Shown here one piece after another: positions 26,676-39,395 of a DNA stretch of 64,000 nt. The notes below the pieces were generated by a model that was given only the letters and a program-made list of their open reading frames with translations, was not told where the DNA came from and did not search any database. Source of the stretch: Elsinoe ampelina (Eukaryota); NCBI GenBank assembly GCA_010093995.1, contig ML992513.1:62001-126000 (forward strand). Direction: 5' to 3'. The position numbers and the translations under genes were made by a program. Each line of letters starts with the position of its first letter. Positions within the stretch are counted from its first letter, which is position 1.

Positions 26676-27442
26676 CTACTAGTATAGCTCCGCCTATAAC
26701 GCTCTCTATAGTAAGCTACTATCTAGTAGAAGGTAGTAGATATATCTTTGCCCGCGATATTTCTCTATCTCTTCCTCTTTGTTATACTAGTTATTCCTCT
26801 ATAATTCTCCTCTTAATATCCTTATACTATAAGGCAGATAATCCCTAGTAGACGCTAGCTCCTCTACCCTCTTTACGTACGCTAGAACCTCTAGTAGCAC
26901 TATCTATAAGATCGGGAGATGCTCCGCGATAGATTTGCTTAGTCGTAGCTACTAGGTAGAGATAGTAGCTAGTTCTACTAATAATACGTAGCTAGTGTAA
27001 AGGAAGCTATAGAGAGCAATAGTAGCGGAGAGAGAGAAAGAGATATTAGAGTCTCCTTATACACTCTTAAGCCTATAGCGGCGTAGTAGGCAAGATAGAG
27101 AGGTATACTATAATAGATTTACTCCGGCGTAACTACTAGGTACTAGTAGTAGTTAATCCTATAAACACGATATAGCTAGTATAGAGAATACTATTAGAAG
27201 TAGTAGCGATAGCGATATAGGAGTAAATATTAGAGTTACTATTATGTATATAGCAATAGATAATTGTAGTATACTAGGCGAGGGATCCGCTATAATAGAT
27301 AGCTAGCTATTATCGAGGTTAGATAGAGAGGAGAGAAAAGGTTACACTAGGGATGCCGATACCTACGTTTAGGTCGGTATAAGTAGAGAGCGTAAACTAA
27401 GATATTATAGTGAATCGTATCTACGATATAGTTATGTCGCTA
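26676..27442. repeat. Internal direct repeat 2, copy A (~770 bp, probably a small minus-strand gene)
   Basis: Colinear with 33848-34615 (offset ~7172), differing mostly by transitions. Confidence 0.9.
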
Positions 27443-27570
27443 TAAACAGGGTTTACGACGCGTTTATAATGCTATAAAGATTATAAGTCTCTAAACATAT
27501 AATACTTAACTTTAAAGAAGAATATAATTAGATAGCATTACGTAATTAAGTTCCGAGAAGTGCTTAATCT

Positions 27571-27770
27571 AGTTAGGTCGAAATTTTAGGTTATTCTTAA
27601 ACTTCGAGAGAGAGGACTAAGAAATTGTTAGTTCGACGCGATAAACTACTAGCTATCCCCTACCGGCCGTAGTTAGGTCGAAATTTTAGATCATCTTTAA
27701 ACTTCGAGAGAGAGAACTAAGAAATTATTAGTTTAACGTAATAAACTACTAGCTGTCCCCTACTAGCTGC
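27571..27770. repeat. Tandem duplication, 2 x 100 bp, at the junction between the duplicated cassettes
   Basis: AGTTAGGTCGAAATTTTAG...AAACTTCGAGAGAGAG...ATAAACTACTAGCT starts at both 27571 and 27671. Confidence 0.9.
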
Positions 27771-28142
27771 CCTCTACTACTACTATATATAACATGCTAG
27801 AGATAGAGTAAAGCGACGATTTATACTACTAAATTTAAGCTAAGTAAGCTTCCTACTAGCAAACACTATTTTGCTATTAGTTAGACTACTATAGCCTTCG
27901 CGTGTATAACTTAGATATATCTTTAGTACCCTTACGTAGGTAGAAGTAGATTTGTTAGAACATTATATAGAGGCTAGTAGTCTATAGCGAGTATATCCTA
28001 CTAGAAGACGCTTCTACTATAACGACCTAACTCGAATTAAAATTATCTATCTAAGTTAGTAGCTTACCTTTTATTAAACGTTAGAGCGCCGAGCCGAGGG
28101 TCTCTAGCTAAGCTATATCTTATTAATTGCTCGGGGCGAAGG

Positions 28143-28609
28143 ATATATTATAGACTTAAGAAGATCTAGATAAGATTAGTTAATATAAACTAAGGATAAA
28201 CTATATCTATTACTAACTCCTCGCTACTAGCTAGTATACTAGTTACTATCTCGAACGTAGTATAATTGGATATAGCTCTACTAGATAAGGACAACCTCCT
28301 AGTACTTCGCCCTATAGACGTGCTACTAGTTGTACTTACTATAATTACTTACTCTTTCTCGTACGTGCCTTCTATTATAACCTTATCTATGCTCTCCTCT
28401 TCCTCGTGTACGTTACTATCGAGCCTACTATTACTATTACTGTCTATTCTACGTACTAGAGGTCGAGGGTTAAGGTTAGTAAAGAGACTAAGAGGATTAT
28501 CCGCTATACTATACTATATAGTAGGCAAAGAGAGAAGGACACTCTATGCTAGCTATAGGCTATTATTTCTACCTCGTTACTTAGTTCGGTTCTTATTTAC
28601 TGTAATTCG
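28143..28609. repeat. Internal direct repeat 1, copy B (transposase N-terminal paralog lacking the catalytic part)
   Basis: Aligns to 20791-21257; the sequence to its left is not Plavaka core. Confidence 0.9.
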
Positions 28610-28989
28610 TAGTAGAGCTAATAGGACTAAGCTATTATATAGCGTCGGCGGACTAAAGCTAAAATTGTATCTACGCTATAGTACTAAACACGTCGAGACA
28701 GAGTTTACTCTAATATATCTAGGTAACAGGGTTTGTTAGCTGTCTCTTACTTAAGGACGATATTAAATACTATACTTAATTAGCTATTGTTGCGCTATTG
28801 TTCTTAGTAGAGGCTTTTATAGCAATTATAAAACAGAAAGTGCCGCGTAGGTATAATAATTTTAGCTAGTAAACAATTTATAGCTCTTACTATCTCGTGT
28901 CTCGACTTGTCGCTAGTATTATAATAAGTTAGTTATAAATAGCCTCTACGAAAAAATAGCAATAGTAGTATATAAAGACGCCTCGGCTA

Positions 28990-30650
28990 TATAACGTTAG
29001 GTCGTTTATGCCTATAGTTAATCTGTTAGGAGTAGTCGATTAGTTTGCTAAACTAAAACTAGTACTTTTTAGGTAAAAATTGTAGGCGTTCCCTTAACTA
29101 ATCTTAATAAGGATAAACTAATAATTTGCTATTACTCCTCTATTAGTTTAAACAACTACGCTTTTAGTTCGTCTACTTTGCTATATTGTCTTATATAACC
29201 TTCTATATTATCGTTGGTATATCGTAGCTATAGTTAACCTACTTCTTCGGCCGATAGGATAGTATAGTTAGCTTAAGCGTAAATACTGTTATTATATCTA
29301 CGCTAGCGAATGTTATATTTTCTAAGGCACTATCGAAAGCCTACTATAATAATTAGATCTATATACTAACTTTGTGTTAAGCGAAGTTATACTATTAAAG
29401 TAGAAGCACTAGCACTTTACTTGTTATAGAACTATATACTATTCCTAGTTATAAACTAACTAGCGTAGCCTTCTCGAAGTAAGTTTACTTCGATATAGCT
29501 ACCCTAATAATACCTACGTAGCTTACTATAGACTTCTCTCTATAATCGACAACGACGACTTTAGTGCCCTTACTAATCCTAATAGCTCGGCTATTTAGGA
29601 TTCTCTTAAGTTATCGTAGATATAGCTCTCTTATTAGTGACAACTAAACTAGACTAACTAAGTTAAACTAACTACCGTAGCTACTACTAGCGCTATAGAG
29701 TTACACGCACGAATAATCCCTTACTACCTCTTAGTCTTCTAACTATAGGCTTTCTATTCTATAATCTCGAGGATAATAACATAAAGGCTCTATATTCCTA
29801 ATCTAGCGTAGCGCTAGCTATATACTTGTCTACCGCTTCGGCTCGGAGTATAAAGTCTAAAGAGTATCTATAGCCCCTACTATAATGTTAGTCGATATTA
29901 TTACTCTTTCTATACTAGCGGGGCGGTAGAGTAAATAAAGTAAGCTTATAATAATATCTAGTATAATTACCTCTAGGTTCCTTTTGCTTATCGAATATAG
30001 ATATTATCCCGTGCTACTCTCTCCTATATAGCGTCTCTATAATCGTAGTTAAGGTATACTCCCCTATACGTAAAGCAATTTATATATATAGTGCCGCTAA
30101 AGAAATAAGATATCTATCCTCGATTGAAACTTTAGAGTTCTAGTTAGGAATATCTCGAACCTAATAAGACATAAAAGTAGGTATAGCCGCTAGATGTTTT
30201 ATAATTAGGTTAAGATACATGTCAAGAGGAATAAATAGAAGTCTAGCTATCTATATAGGGACTAATATAAAGATTTTAAACTAGAAACGAGAAGTGACTA
30301 TTATATTTACAAAAAGGAAGCCGCGATAGGCTTTAACTATTCTTATATTACCTTTATATAGGTAGAGAGCTACCTCTTATTATATTATATAGTAATATCG
30401 AGTTAAATCGTGTCTAGTTTATCCTCTCTTATCTTTTGTAATAGGTACGTCTTTACCGCCTATAGATAGAGACTAGCTCTACTATATCGAAGCTATCTTT
30501 GTTAAGTAGTAGGTATCTAATTCCTTTCTCTCGGTGTAATTAACCTTATATTAAATATTAAGCTTAATACTAAACCCACGTATATAGTTAGTAGAGCTAT
30601 ACTAATGCCGAGTAGTAATTGCCTAACGAGGAGAGACATAAGATAGCTAG
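28990..30650 (-). pseudogene. Diverged paralog of the C-terminal half of the SNF2-like helicase
   Basis: Patchy colinear similarity with 21650-22500, e.g. 29041 TAGTTTGCTAAACTAAA..TTTTTAGGT vs 21701 TAGTCTACTAAACTAAA..TTTTTAGGT; 29190 ATAACCTTCTATATTAT vs 21854; 29580-29700 vs 22230-22350. No Walker A or DExH seen. Confidence 0.55.
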
Positions 30651-30849
30651 GCGTTATAGTGTTCTCTTAAAGGACTTATCCGCCCTAATATAAAATAAGT
30701 TTGTCTCTAGTTTTAGACTAACTAAACTAACTTAAGTTTGTACTTAGTTAGGAGGCGCGACCTAACCTAAAGCATCTCTGCTATTTATTAAGAGGTAGTA
30801 GCTAGAACTAATAATAGTTAGTAGGAATTCTTTATTAACTTCTAAGCAT

Positions 30850-33020
30850 GCTACGTGTAAACCTCGCTAGTATATAAGGGTAAAGCCTAATAACTATATT
30901 AGTAGTAACATCTACGCGCTTCTTTATAGCACTATACTATTCTTATTTAATTTAGTTAACTCTAAGTTCGGCATAGAACTAAAACTTGTACTATTGCTTC
31001 TACTATAATAGAGAATAAGATTCTATCCTACTAACTTGTTTCGCTTATTATTAAACGCCCTAGTCTGTTATATCTATAGTAGCATTACTTTATTTCTATT
31101 GTTAATAATATTAAGAACATATTACTTTTTTAATACTAATATTAATCTTGTATTAGTAGAAGTAAGTCGTTATCTTCTTAGACTTACTCTTTTCGCTCTA
31201 ATATATTATAGCGTGCTAGGCAAGCTATAGGAAGTCACTAGTAACAAAGTAGAACTTAGGAGAGGTATTAAAGAGCTCCGAGAGATTATATTTATCTAGA
31301 TAGATAGCCGGCCTTAGGTGTATAGTAGCTTATATAATATTCTTTAAGCTATTAAAGCAGTAGGAACATAGATAGCGCCTCGGTAGTATATACTATAGTC
31401 TAAATAGGCTATGTTCTTCTAGCGGGAGAGAAGGAGCTATATTCTTCTAAAACTATATAAAGTAAAACTACACCCTAAACTAAGTCGCTAGGTTAGTTAA
31501 AATCTGTCTAGCTATAGTTATAGAACTATCGAGTAAGTTTGCTTCTAATAACAATAACGGAAATTGTAGGATTTATAGAGGCTATAGCCTCTTAGGGGTA
31601 GAACGAGCTAAATAAAACTTTATTAGTTAAGAACTAAATAGTTTTATAAATAATATAATAGCAAATAAAACATAGTAGCATCGCCGCTCTTGCCTTTAGT
31701 AGTTTAGTCGCTATTGCGGGTATTAAACGTTCTATATTATAATATTCTCTTTCTACTAATCTCTTTTACGCTTCTTATTAGTATTAATATCTATAAAGCG
31801 AAGCTTCTTAGGAGTAAGAAACACTTCCGAGTTCTCTTCTATAGTAGTCTTAGCTATAGGAAGTAGTCGCTAGCTACTATAATATTAATAAGAGTTATCT
31901 ATAAGTATTAGTATATATAGATAAATAGAGAAGGGGTAAACTTACTTCGTATAAAGTTAGGAAGATCTTTAACAAATGCTATAAAAGGAGTAAGATAGAG
32001 AAAGATCTTATAGGCACTAGGGATAAGAGTTATAACATGCTTAGTAATAGTAGCATCTAGATCGAAAGAGTCTTTAATAGCGAAGACTTATATAGAGTTA
32101 TATACGTTAAGCTAGTAGAGTTAGAGGTAATTACCTCTAATGTTAAGAATCTACCTAAGCTTACTAATGTAGTAATTAACGTAACGATTCTTGTCCTTGC
32201 TAGTACTAGGCTTTCTTAAGTCGTAAACGTGGATATTCTTTCTTAATATTAGATACGAGATAGTGTCCGCTTCGATGACCTCTATAATCTAGATCGTAGC
32301 GAATTTAATATCGATCTAGACATAATTAGACGCTAGCCCCTAGTTGAAGCTAAACATCCTATAACGAGGCTATATATATAAATCTAATCTTTTATCGCCT
32401 GTCTTTATATAAGTTATATATCTCTCCGAGGATAGTATTCTTACTTAGAAGAGTATTAGTATCTATACAGACGAGGTAGCTAAAGGATATAGACTCTAGG
32501 TGCCTTCTTTACCTAGCAATGTTATTCTTTCCCTTTTAACTAACGGGAGATTTGCTCTTATTAATTGTATAGTATTTCGGAATAATTGCTATATAGCTTT
32601 TATCTTATTAATATTAACTATAGTCTATAAGTTCTCCTTAAACTAGTCTAGATCTTTCTAATCTAGTTAGTTAACGAAGAGCTAGAAATTGTTAGGCGTG
32701 CTATTTAGTAGCCTAGTTTCAATTTTAAGGCGTGCTTTAAGCACCTTAGGATTACGTAACTCGCTTCTGTCTTATTTCTTAATTTTAATATTAGATTCTA
32801 TAAAGACTTTTAAGATTATTTCCTTTATCCTTGTAAACGTAGTAGAGTATTACTAGTTATCCTAATTAAAGAAGAATTAGATAGATTTCTTACTAACATT
32901 ATTATTATAAAGCGCATTCTTAATAAGAGCTAGTATAAGGTCGTTAAGTAGAATCTTTTCTATAGGTTTAGTAGCGACCTTTAGCTTCTTTATCTTCGGT
33001 AGTATAGTACTATTATATGT
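30850..33020 (-). pseudogene. Unknown multi-exon cargo gene, longer paralog of 24850-25744
   Basis: Coding-like minus-strand texture, GTAAG..CTAA..AG intron-like signals (~31140-31190, ~31890-31950), and paralogous blocks at 32630-32880. Confidence 0.4.
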
Positions 33021-33847
33021 ATTTAATAAGTATAAGAATATCTACTAGTAAAGGCGTCGTATAAGGTAGATAAGGTTAGAGGGGTTAAGATTATATAGCT
33101 AGGAACTAAGCGTAGTAAGTTAAGCGCTATAGAGCAAATAGTAGCAATTATAAATACCTACTATCTAGTATAATATTAAAATGCTACGCGGAAAGTAGGT
33201 AGTAACTTCTTAAATATAATAAAATTTGTATTTAAGATAGTATACCGAAGTAAGTAGTATACTTATAACTAAGATCTAGTTTAGGCCTCGACCTAAAAGT
33301 GAACTAGGTTAACTAAGTCTATGTTTTATATATGCTAATAGTAACACGTAATAATTACTAATATTAGGTCGATACTAGAACTAAAAGTAAATAAGTTAGT
33401 TTACTACTAACAAATATTATAGGGCGTAAATTAGGTAAGCAAATAAAACATAGCTATCGGAGGATATTATAAGTGCTAATTATCGCAGAAAATTAGTATT
33501 AAAGTAATTAACTATACTAAACGCTCGTATATTAGTGCTATATATAAAGTTATATATGCTCTAAACAGCTAGCGGACTATTTAATAAAGAGTATTATCGT
33601 ATAAAGCAACAACCTTAATATCTTTATAGTAGACAGGAGACAAGATAAATAACAAGGAATAAAGAAAGATATATAGTATACTTACACGTATTAGACAAGG
33701 AGATTTTATTTACTAGTTAGAGAAGAGAGATTAAAGCGATAGGTATATAATCTACATAGAAAGAAGTACATCGCTAACGTAAGGAAGTTATAATAAAGCG
33801 CTACTAATAACAAAACCCTGCTATAAAAGCAATTATAAAAGAGAATA

Positions 33848-34615
33848 CTACTAATATAGCTCCGCCTATAATGCTCTCTATAGTAAGCTACTATCTAGTA
33901 GGAGGTAGTAGACATATCTTTGCCCGCGATATGCCTCTATCTCTTCCTCTTTGTTATACTAGTTATTCCTCTATAATTCTCCCCTTAATATTCTTATACT
34001 ATAAGGTAGATAATCCCTAGTAGACGCTAGCTTCTCTACTCTCTTTATATACGCTAGAACCCCTAGTAGCGCTATCCGTAAGATTAGGAGATGCTCTATA
34101 ATAGATTTGCTTAGTCGTAGCTACTAGGTAGAGATAGTAGCTAATCCTACTAATGATATATAGCTAGTGTAAAGGAAGCTATAGAGGGCAGTAGTAGCAG
34201 GGAGAGGGAAAGAGATATCGGAGTCTCCTTACGTACTCTTAAGCCTATAGCGGCGTAGTAGGCAAGATAGAGAGGTATACTACAATAGATTTACTCTAGC
34301 GTAACTACTAGGTACTAGTAGTAGTTAATTCTATAAACACGACATAGCTAGTATAGAGGATACTATTAGAAGTAGTAGTAATAGCAAGGTAGGAGTAAAT
34401 ATTAGAGTTGCTATAGTATATATAACAATTGATAATTGTAGTGTACTAGGCGTAGGAATCTGCTATAATAGATAGCTAGCTATTATTAAGGTCGAATAGA
34501 GAGAAGAGAAAAGGTTATACTAGGGACGCCGATACTTACGTTTAGGTCGGTGTAAGTAGAGAGCGTAAACTAAGGCGTTATTATAAATCGTATTTGTAAT
34601 GTAGTTATATCGCTA
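33848..34615. repeat. Internal direct repeat 2, copy B
   Basis: Colinear with 26676-27442. Confidence 0.9.
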
Positions 34616-34849
34616 CGTAATAAGCATATAATAAAACTAAGAGGAGATAAAGTTTAGCGCGTTAAACTTTATAGTTCTACGAGTGTTAGTTTAGGCTAAC
34701 TAATTATAACTAAGCACAATTCTAGTATGTCTCTCTCGTAAGTAAACTAAGATCTAAGGCTTGTTTATTATAAGTAACACTTGCACCGAATTGCTACCTA
34801 TACCGCCGCTCTTCTACCCCTACTTCTCTTCTCCTCTCTATAGCTATAC

Positions 34850-37800
34850 CTATATCTACTTCTTATTAACTAGTAATATGCTTAATCGAAGCTATTAAGC
34901 AAGCTCTCGCCCTTAACAATAAAGGCTATAGAGACTTATATAGTCTCTTAGAGGATATTATAATAGGTAAAGGCATAGTTAGAAGAATATTTAGGTCGAT
35001 TTCTAATAGGAGAAGGTTAGAGAAGGAGGTACTTCTAGTAGTACTAGATAGTAATAATATTCGGTGTACGTTTCGGCGTACAATAGAGCTCTTAGAGAGT
35101 AGCGACAGTTAAGCTGCCTTTCGTGCTCTTATCTATAAGATAAGTACCAATTTTAGACATTAGCAGGTATAGTTATACTTAAGATTACATAAGCCTAGAG
35201 GAGCGTAGAATAGTGCTAATACGCTTACCTCGAATAAATCCTCGAATTGCTAATTGTAATTATAAGCGCCTTTACTCTCTAATCGACTAGACGACATACT
35301 ATTAGTAGTTTATAAGGATAGAGAGATATGTCCTATCTACTTAATTAGAGATCTTCTACTTACACGTTATAAAGCTATAACTACTATGTCTAAGGAGAAT
35401 ATAGATATTAAGTTTAATTAGCTAAGGGTAATATCAATTATAACGGACTACTATATATATAATAAGCAAAGTAATGTTATAGGTTAGAAGGACAATAAAA
35501 CGCTATATTTCGCTATAATAGAGAATACTATCTAGTTTAAGGCTGTTATCTTATCTAAGATATTACATAGTTTACCTCTTTATATTCTAATAAGGCGACG
35601 AGATTAAAGAAAGTATCTAGCCGAAGCAAGTATAAAGGAGAATAGTCCGGTAGTAGACTAAGTCGAACTAAAAAGTAGTAGGGCAATCTACGCTAAGCTA
35701 TACCTACTACTAAACCCTAGAGTTTTAGTTCGTTTACTACGCTTTATTCTTCCTTACCTTTTAACTAAATCGCCCTTTAGAATTACTTATCTATCCTCTT
35801 ACTATTAATCTATTAGGTCTATTAGTATCTTTCGGCTAGGCTCCTAAGTATAGATATCGATCGTACTAACCTTATTTCTCTAGCGGCTAATATCTAGACT
35901 ATAGGATTAAGTATATAGGCTTCTCTTATCTATTTAGGTGTTAAAGCATAGTCTTCTAATAGTCTCCCTAACTAGCTAGAGGCTTAAATTAGAAGCTCTC
36001 TACTATATATATACGGAGAAAAGTATAATTACATTAGTAGCTAGTAAAAGCGATATAGGACCTAGTAGCCTAAATAGCTTAATAGATAGTAACTCCTAGA
36101 GGAAGACATTACACTTGTTTAGTAGGAAGTAGGCCGATTGTAATTAATAGCGGAGAAGAACGTAAGCTTAATTAGATAACTCTAGCGAGAGAACAATATA
36201 CTTAGGAAGTATATTAGTAAAGCTTTTTACGCGTTTAGCGTCGCCTCTACGGACCTTACTAGTAGAGTGTTAAGGGACTTATTCGAATTAAACAAAAGTA
36301 TACGACACTATACTAATAGTACTACTCTACTATTACTATATATAGTTACTAATAGCTAATTAACACCTGCCCTCTATTACAACATAATTAGTAGAAGATA
36401 AGCTACTCTATCTAGCGTATCTTATTTAGATACCCTAGATAGCGAGATAGTAAGTAATTAATGCTTTTAGCACTTAGAAGATATACTACTTAGCAAAGAG
36501 GGGACTACTAACGTAATTAATAAGGAAGCTACTACATAAATCGTACTACCTATCTATATATATAATAGCTAGTTCCTATAGTCTTTCGAATTAGTATATA
36601 ATTACTCGGTCTAAGTTTAATCTGTAATTTCTCTCTACGTATTTCTACTCTAATTGTTGCTTAACCTAATAATAAATGCTATATTTAGTTTAAGCATTTA
36701 GTCTAAGTAAGTTCGAGTAGCTTTCTTTTTTAGTTTAGCTTCTAGCGATTAACACTCCGCGAGTTAGACCTAGCTATAAGTCCAATTTAATACCCTTACT
36801 AGTTAAGATTACCTTAGGGTATAGGCAAATATAACTAATTCTAATTAGAAGAAAGTCGCGCACTTTAAATACCTAACTAAGCTATTATCTAACTTAAACT
36901 AACGCTAAATTACTATAACGTATATAAGATAACTATCTATCCCTCTTATAGTATATATTATTCCGGCTTACCTTGCTAACTCTCTTATACCTATATACCT
37001 CTTTATTAGAACTATTATAAACTAAAATGTCTTAGGCACGTTAGCGCCTATATAGCTCGGACTATAAGACCGATAAGTATTTTAAAGATAATAATTTAGG
37101 TTATTTTAACTAGGATAAAGCAGAGTAAGGCTTTAGCATTAAGGGAGACTAAGCTAACTACGTAGGCTATAAATACAACATCGAAGACAAAGGAGAAGGC
37201 ATAAATTAGATATTACTACTCTCGATCCGAGTTTAAGAGAGCTATAACCTAACGAGAATAGCCTAACGTTAGTCTCTACGCCGGTTAAGATAGTAAAGTA
37301 GAGGTAATAGAACGTACTAAACTAGTATCTCGACATTTTCGAGGTAGTATATAACGATCTACGTACAAGTATAGCCGTCGGAGTAGATTATAATACAATA
37401 TTACTAACATTAGATAATTAATAGCTACTCCTACGAATTACACGGTACTAGCGCTTAGTCCGTAACTAGCTACTAGTACTTTATCTATAGAGGACTATAG
37501 GTAAATACTCTTCCGTAGTTATAGCTAGTAAGGTAAGTTACGTAGCTAAAGCTAATTACTTATTAATATACATATAGCTCCGAGAGGCGCTCCGCTATAG
37601 TTATAATAACATTACACGAATAGTAAGTAAGATACTCTACTACGAATAGCTAGCTAAGGGGCTAGAGGATAGCGAGCTACCGAATTAGGCACGTAGGCTA
37701 CTAGAGGAAAGAAAGTACTAATACAAGGACAGCAATTTAGTACGCGCTAGATATACTTATTAATTAATTGCTTATATATAGTAGCGTAAACACTTTAGGA

Positions 37801-39100
37801 GTCCTTTAATATATAAAGCCTTCTAAGTAGCCTTTATTAGACGTATAGGCTTAGCTATAATAGCTAGTACTTACTATTACTTTAACGAACTAATACTCTT
37901 TCTTATTTTCTCCCTTCTAGCGACGATTTATATACTCTTAGTTAAGTAAGTAGACGGGGTTAAGTCCTACTTACCTAAGAGAACGCTAGTATTTAAACGT
38001 ATAGAACCTTTAGAACTCGATTATGTCTGACTAAGCATTTAGAATAACTTCCTAGTGTAGATTAGCCCGAGATAGGTTCTTATCCTTCGTTAGCTAAAAC
38101 TTAGCTTTACTAAGTGCGTTAAGAGAAATAGACTTACTATCGTAGTAGTAGTATTAAATATATCCCTTTACGCTAATACTATAGAGAGACTATTAGATAG
38201 AGAAGATATAAGGGAAAGGTATGTATATACCTTCTCGTTTTAGTTTAGCCTACCTAACTTTAAACTAACTTATAGAGAAGTTAGGTATATAATAACGGGC
38301 CTAATAGCGGGGGTAATAGCTATTATATAGCACTAGTACGAAATGCTTCTACTAAGCACCTTTTAAGAGGTAAGCTTAATTCTCCTATCGGCTTCTTAAG
38401 TTTAATACTAATAGATTAAGAAGAGTATCTAATTAAGGCCGAACGCTCTATTACGGCGCATTAAGGTACTACTTAGTTCGCGTATAGGAGCGAAGTACTA
38501 AATTGCTCTATAGCGACTTCTACGACAGAAGTATAGCTAGCGTAGATGCCTAATATAGATAGCAACCTCGTTGTAACTTTAACTACTACTAAACTAAGTT
38601 AGGTTATAGTTAGTACATACGAGGATTAATAGACTTAATAGCGACATCTACCTAAGCTACTCAATTATATATGTGCTATACTGTCCTAAGACGGACAACT
38701 TAATAGCGATTTACTAGTAGTTAAGGCGTAGTAGAAGGATTTCTTAGGTACATAGACGTAGATAAACTTTTTGTCCTTCGCACGTAAGAAGTTTAGAGGC
38801 CTACTACGTAAACTAGTCTTATAGTACCGAATCGGCCTAAAGCATAGTAGTAGTATCTTAGACATTAAGGAGGATAGACATCTACTAGATAGAGATGCTT
38901 TTATAGAACTAAGAGATAAAAATATAAGATTATAAGAAGATAGTATATACATCGTTATTAAGAGTAGCGTTAGGTAGAACGTAAAGCAATATATATATTC
39001 TAGTAACCTTGCATAATTTTCTAGACGTAGTAGACGAATTATAAGGTCTGTATAATGTATAGACATATATAATATATACTACGAGGTAAGCTACGTAATA
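34850..39100. pseudogene. Three to four further RIP-mutated cargo genes of unknown function (plus ~34850-35610, plus ~37027-37730 spliced, minus ~37920-39100 spliced)
   Basis: Long stop-poor frame LIEAIKQALAL..YRDL at ~34885-35165. Intron-like GTAAGG..GCTAAC..TAG at 37125-37165 and GTAAGT..TAG at 37533-37577. Residual ORF 38686-39066. Confidence 0.4.
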
Positions 39101-39363
39101 GAATGTTTCTATAATTAATATTATTAAGCTTATAGAGTAGACACGAACTAATTACTTTACGAACTAAGAAACGCTTAAACTGAGATAAGAGATACACGTA
39201 GTGCGCTATCTACTATTAGGCCGTCTCTGTTTGCTACGTATTAGAGGTTTTTAGATTTCTACAGGGAAAAACTATATTACTTCTAAGTAGGACCTAGGGG
39301 TAACTAGGGGATTGCATTAAACTAAGTTAAACTAAGTTAGTTGCTTAGAAGTAGTCTAACGTA

Positions 39364-39392
39364 GCTCTCTAGCGTTAGGGATTTTGTAACGT
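39364..39392 (-). repeat. Right terminal inverted repeat of the giant element
   Basis: CTCTCTAGCGTTAGGGATTTTGTAACGT, inverted match to 15632-15660. Confidence 0.8.
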
Positions 39393-39395
39393 AGT

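Larger units (their letters stand above)
15632..39392. mobile_element. Giant (~23.8 kb) TIR DNA element with Plavaka-type transposase and multi-gene cargo, RIP-mutated, nested in Copia pol
   Basis: Imperfect ~30-bp TIRs: left ACGTCACGAAAGTCCTAAGCGTAGGGAG, right (reverse complement) ACGTTACAAAATCCCTAACGCTAGAGAG. Flanks GGT/AGT fit a 3-bp TSD with one RIP change; CACG termini with a 1-bp G duplication fit equally well. Excision restores the Copia frame (..EVQTEG-VEAQPKQ..ADLLPEHILTTRRTRKPRR). Confidence 0.85.

Noticed and set aside
31200..31700. Ulp1-like SUMO protease in the cargo (YCFDSL-like word)
   Set aside because: The His-Trp and Q.N..DCG motifs could not be placed in a consistent frame.
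26676..34615. ~770-bp direct repeats 7.2 kb apart as LTRs of another retrotransposon
   Set aside because: No TG..CA ends, TSD or gag/pol motifs between them, and the offset matches the wider cassette duplication.
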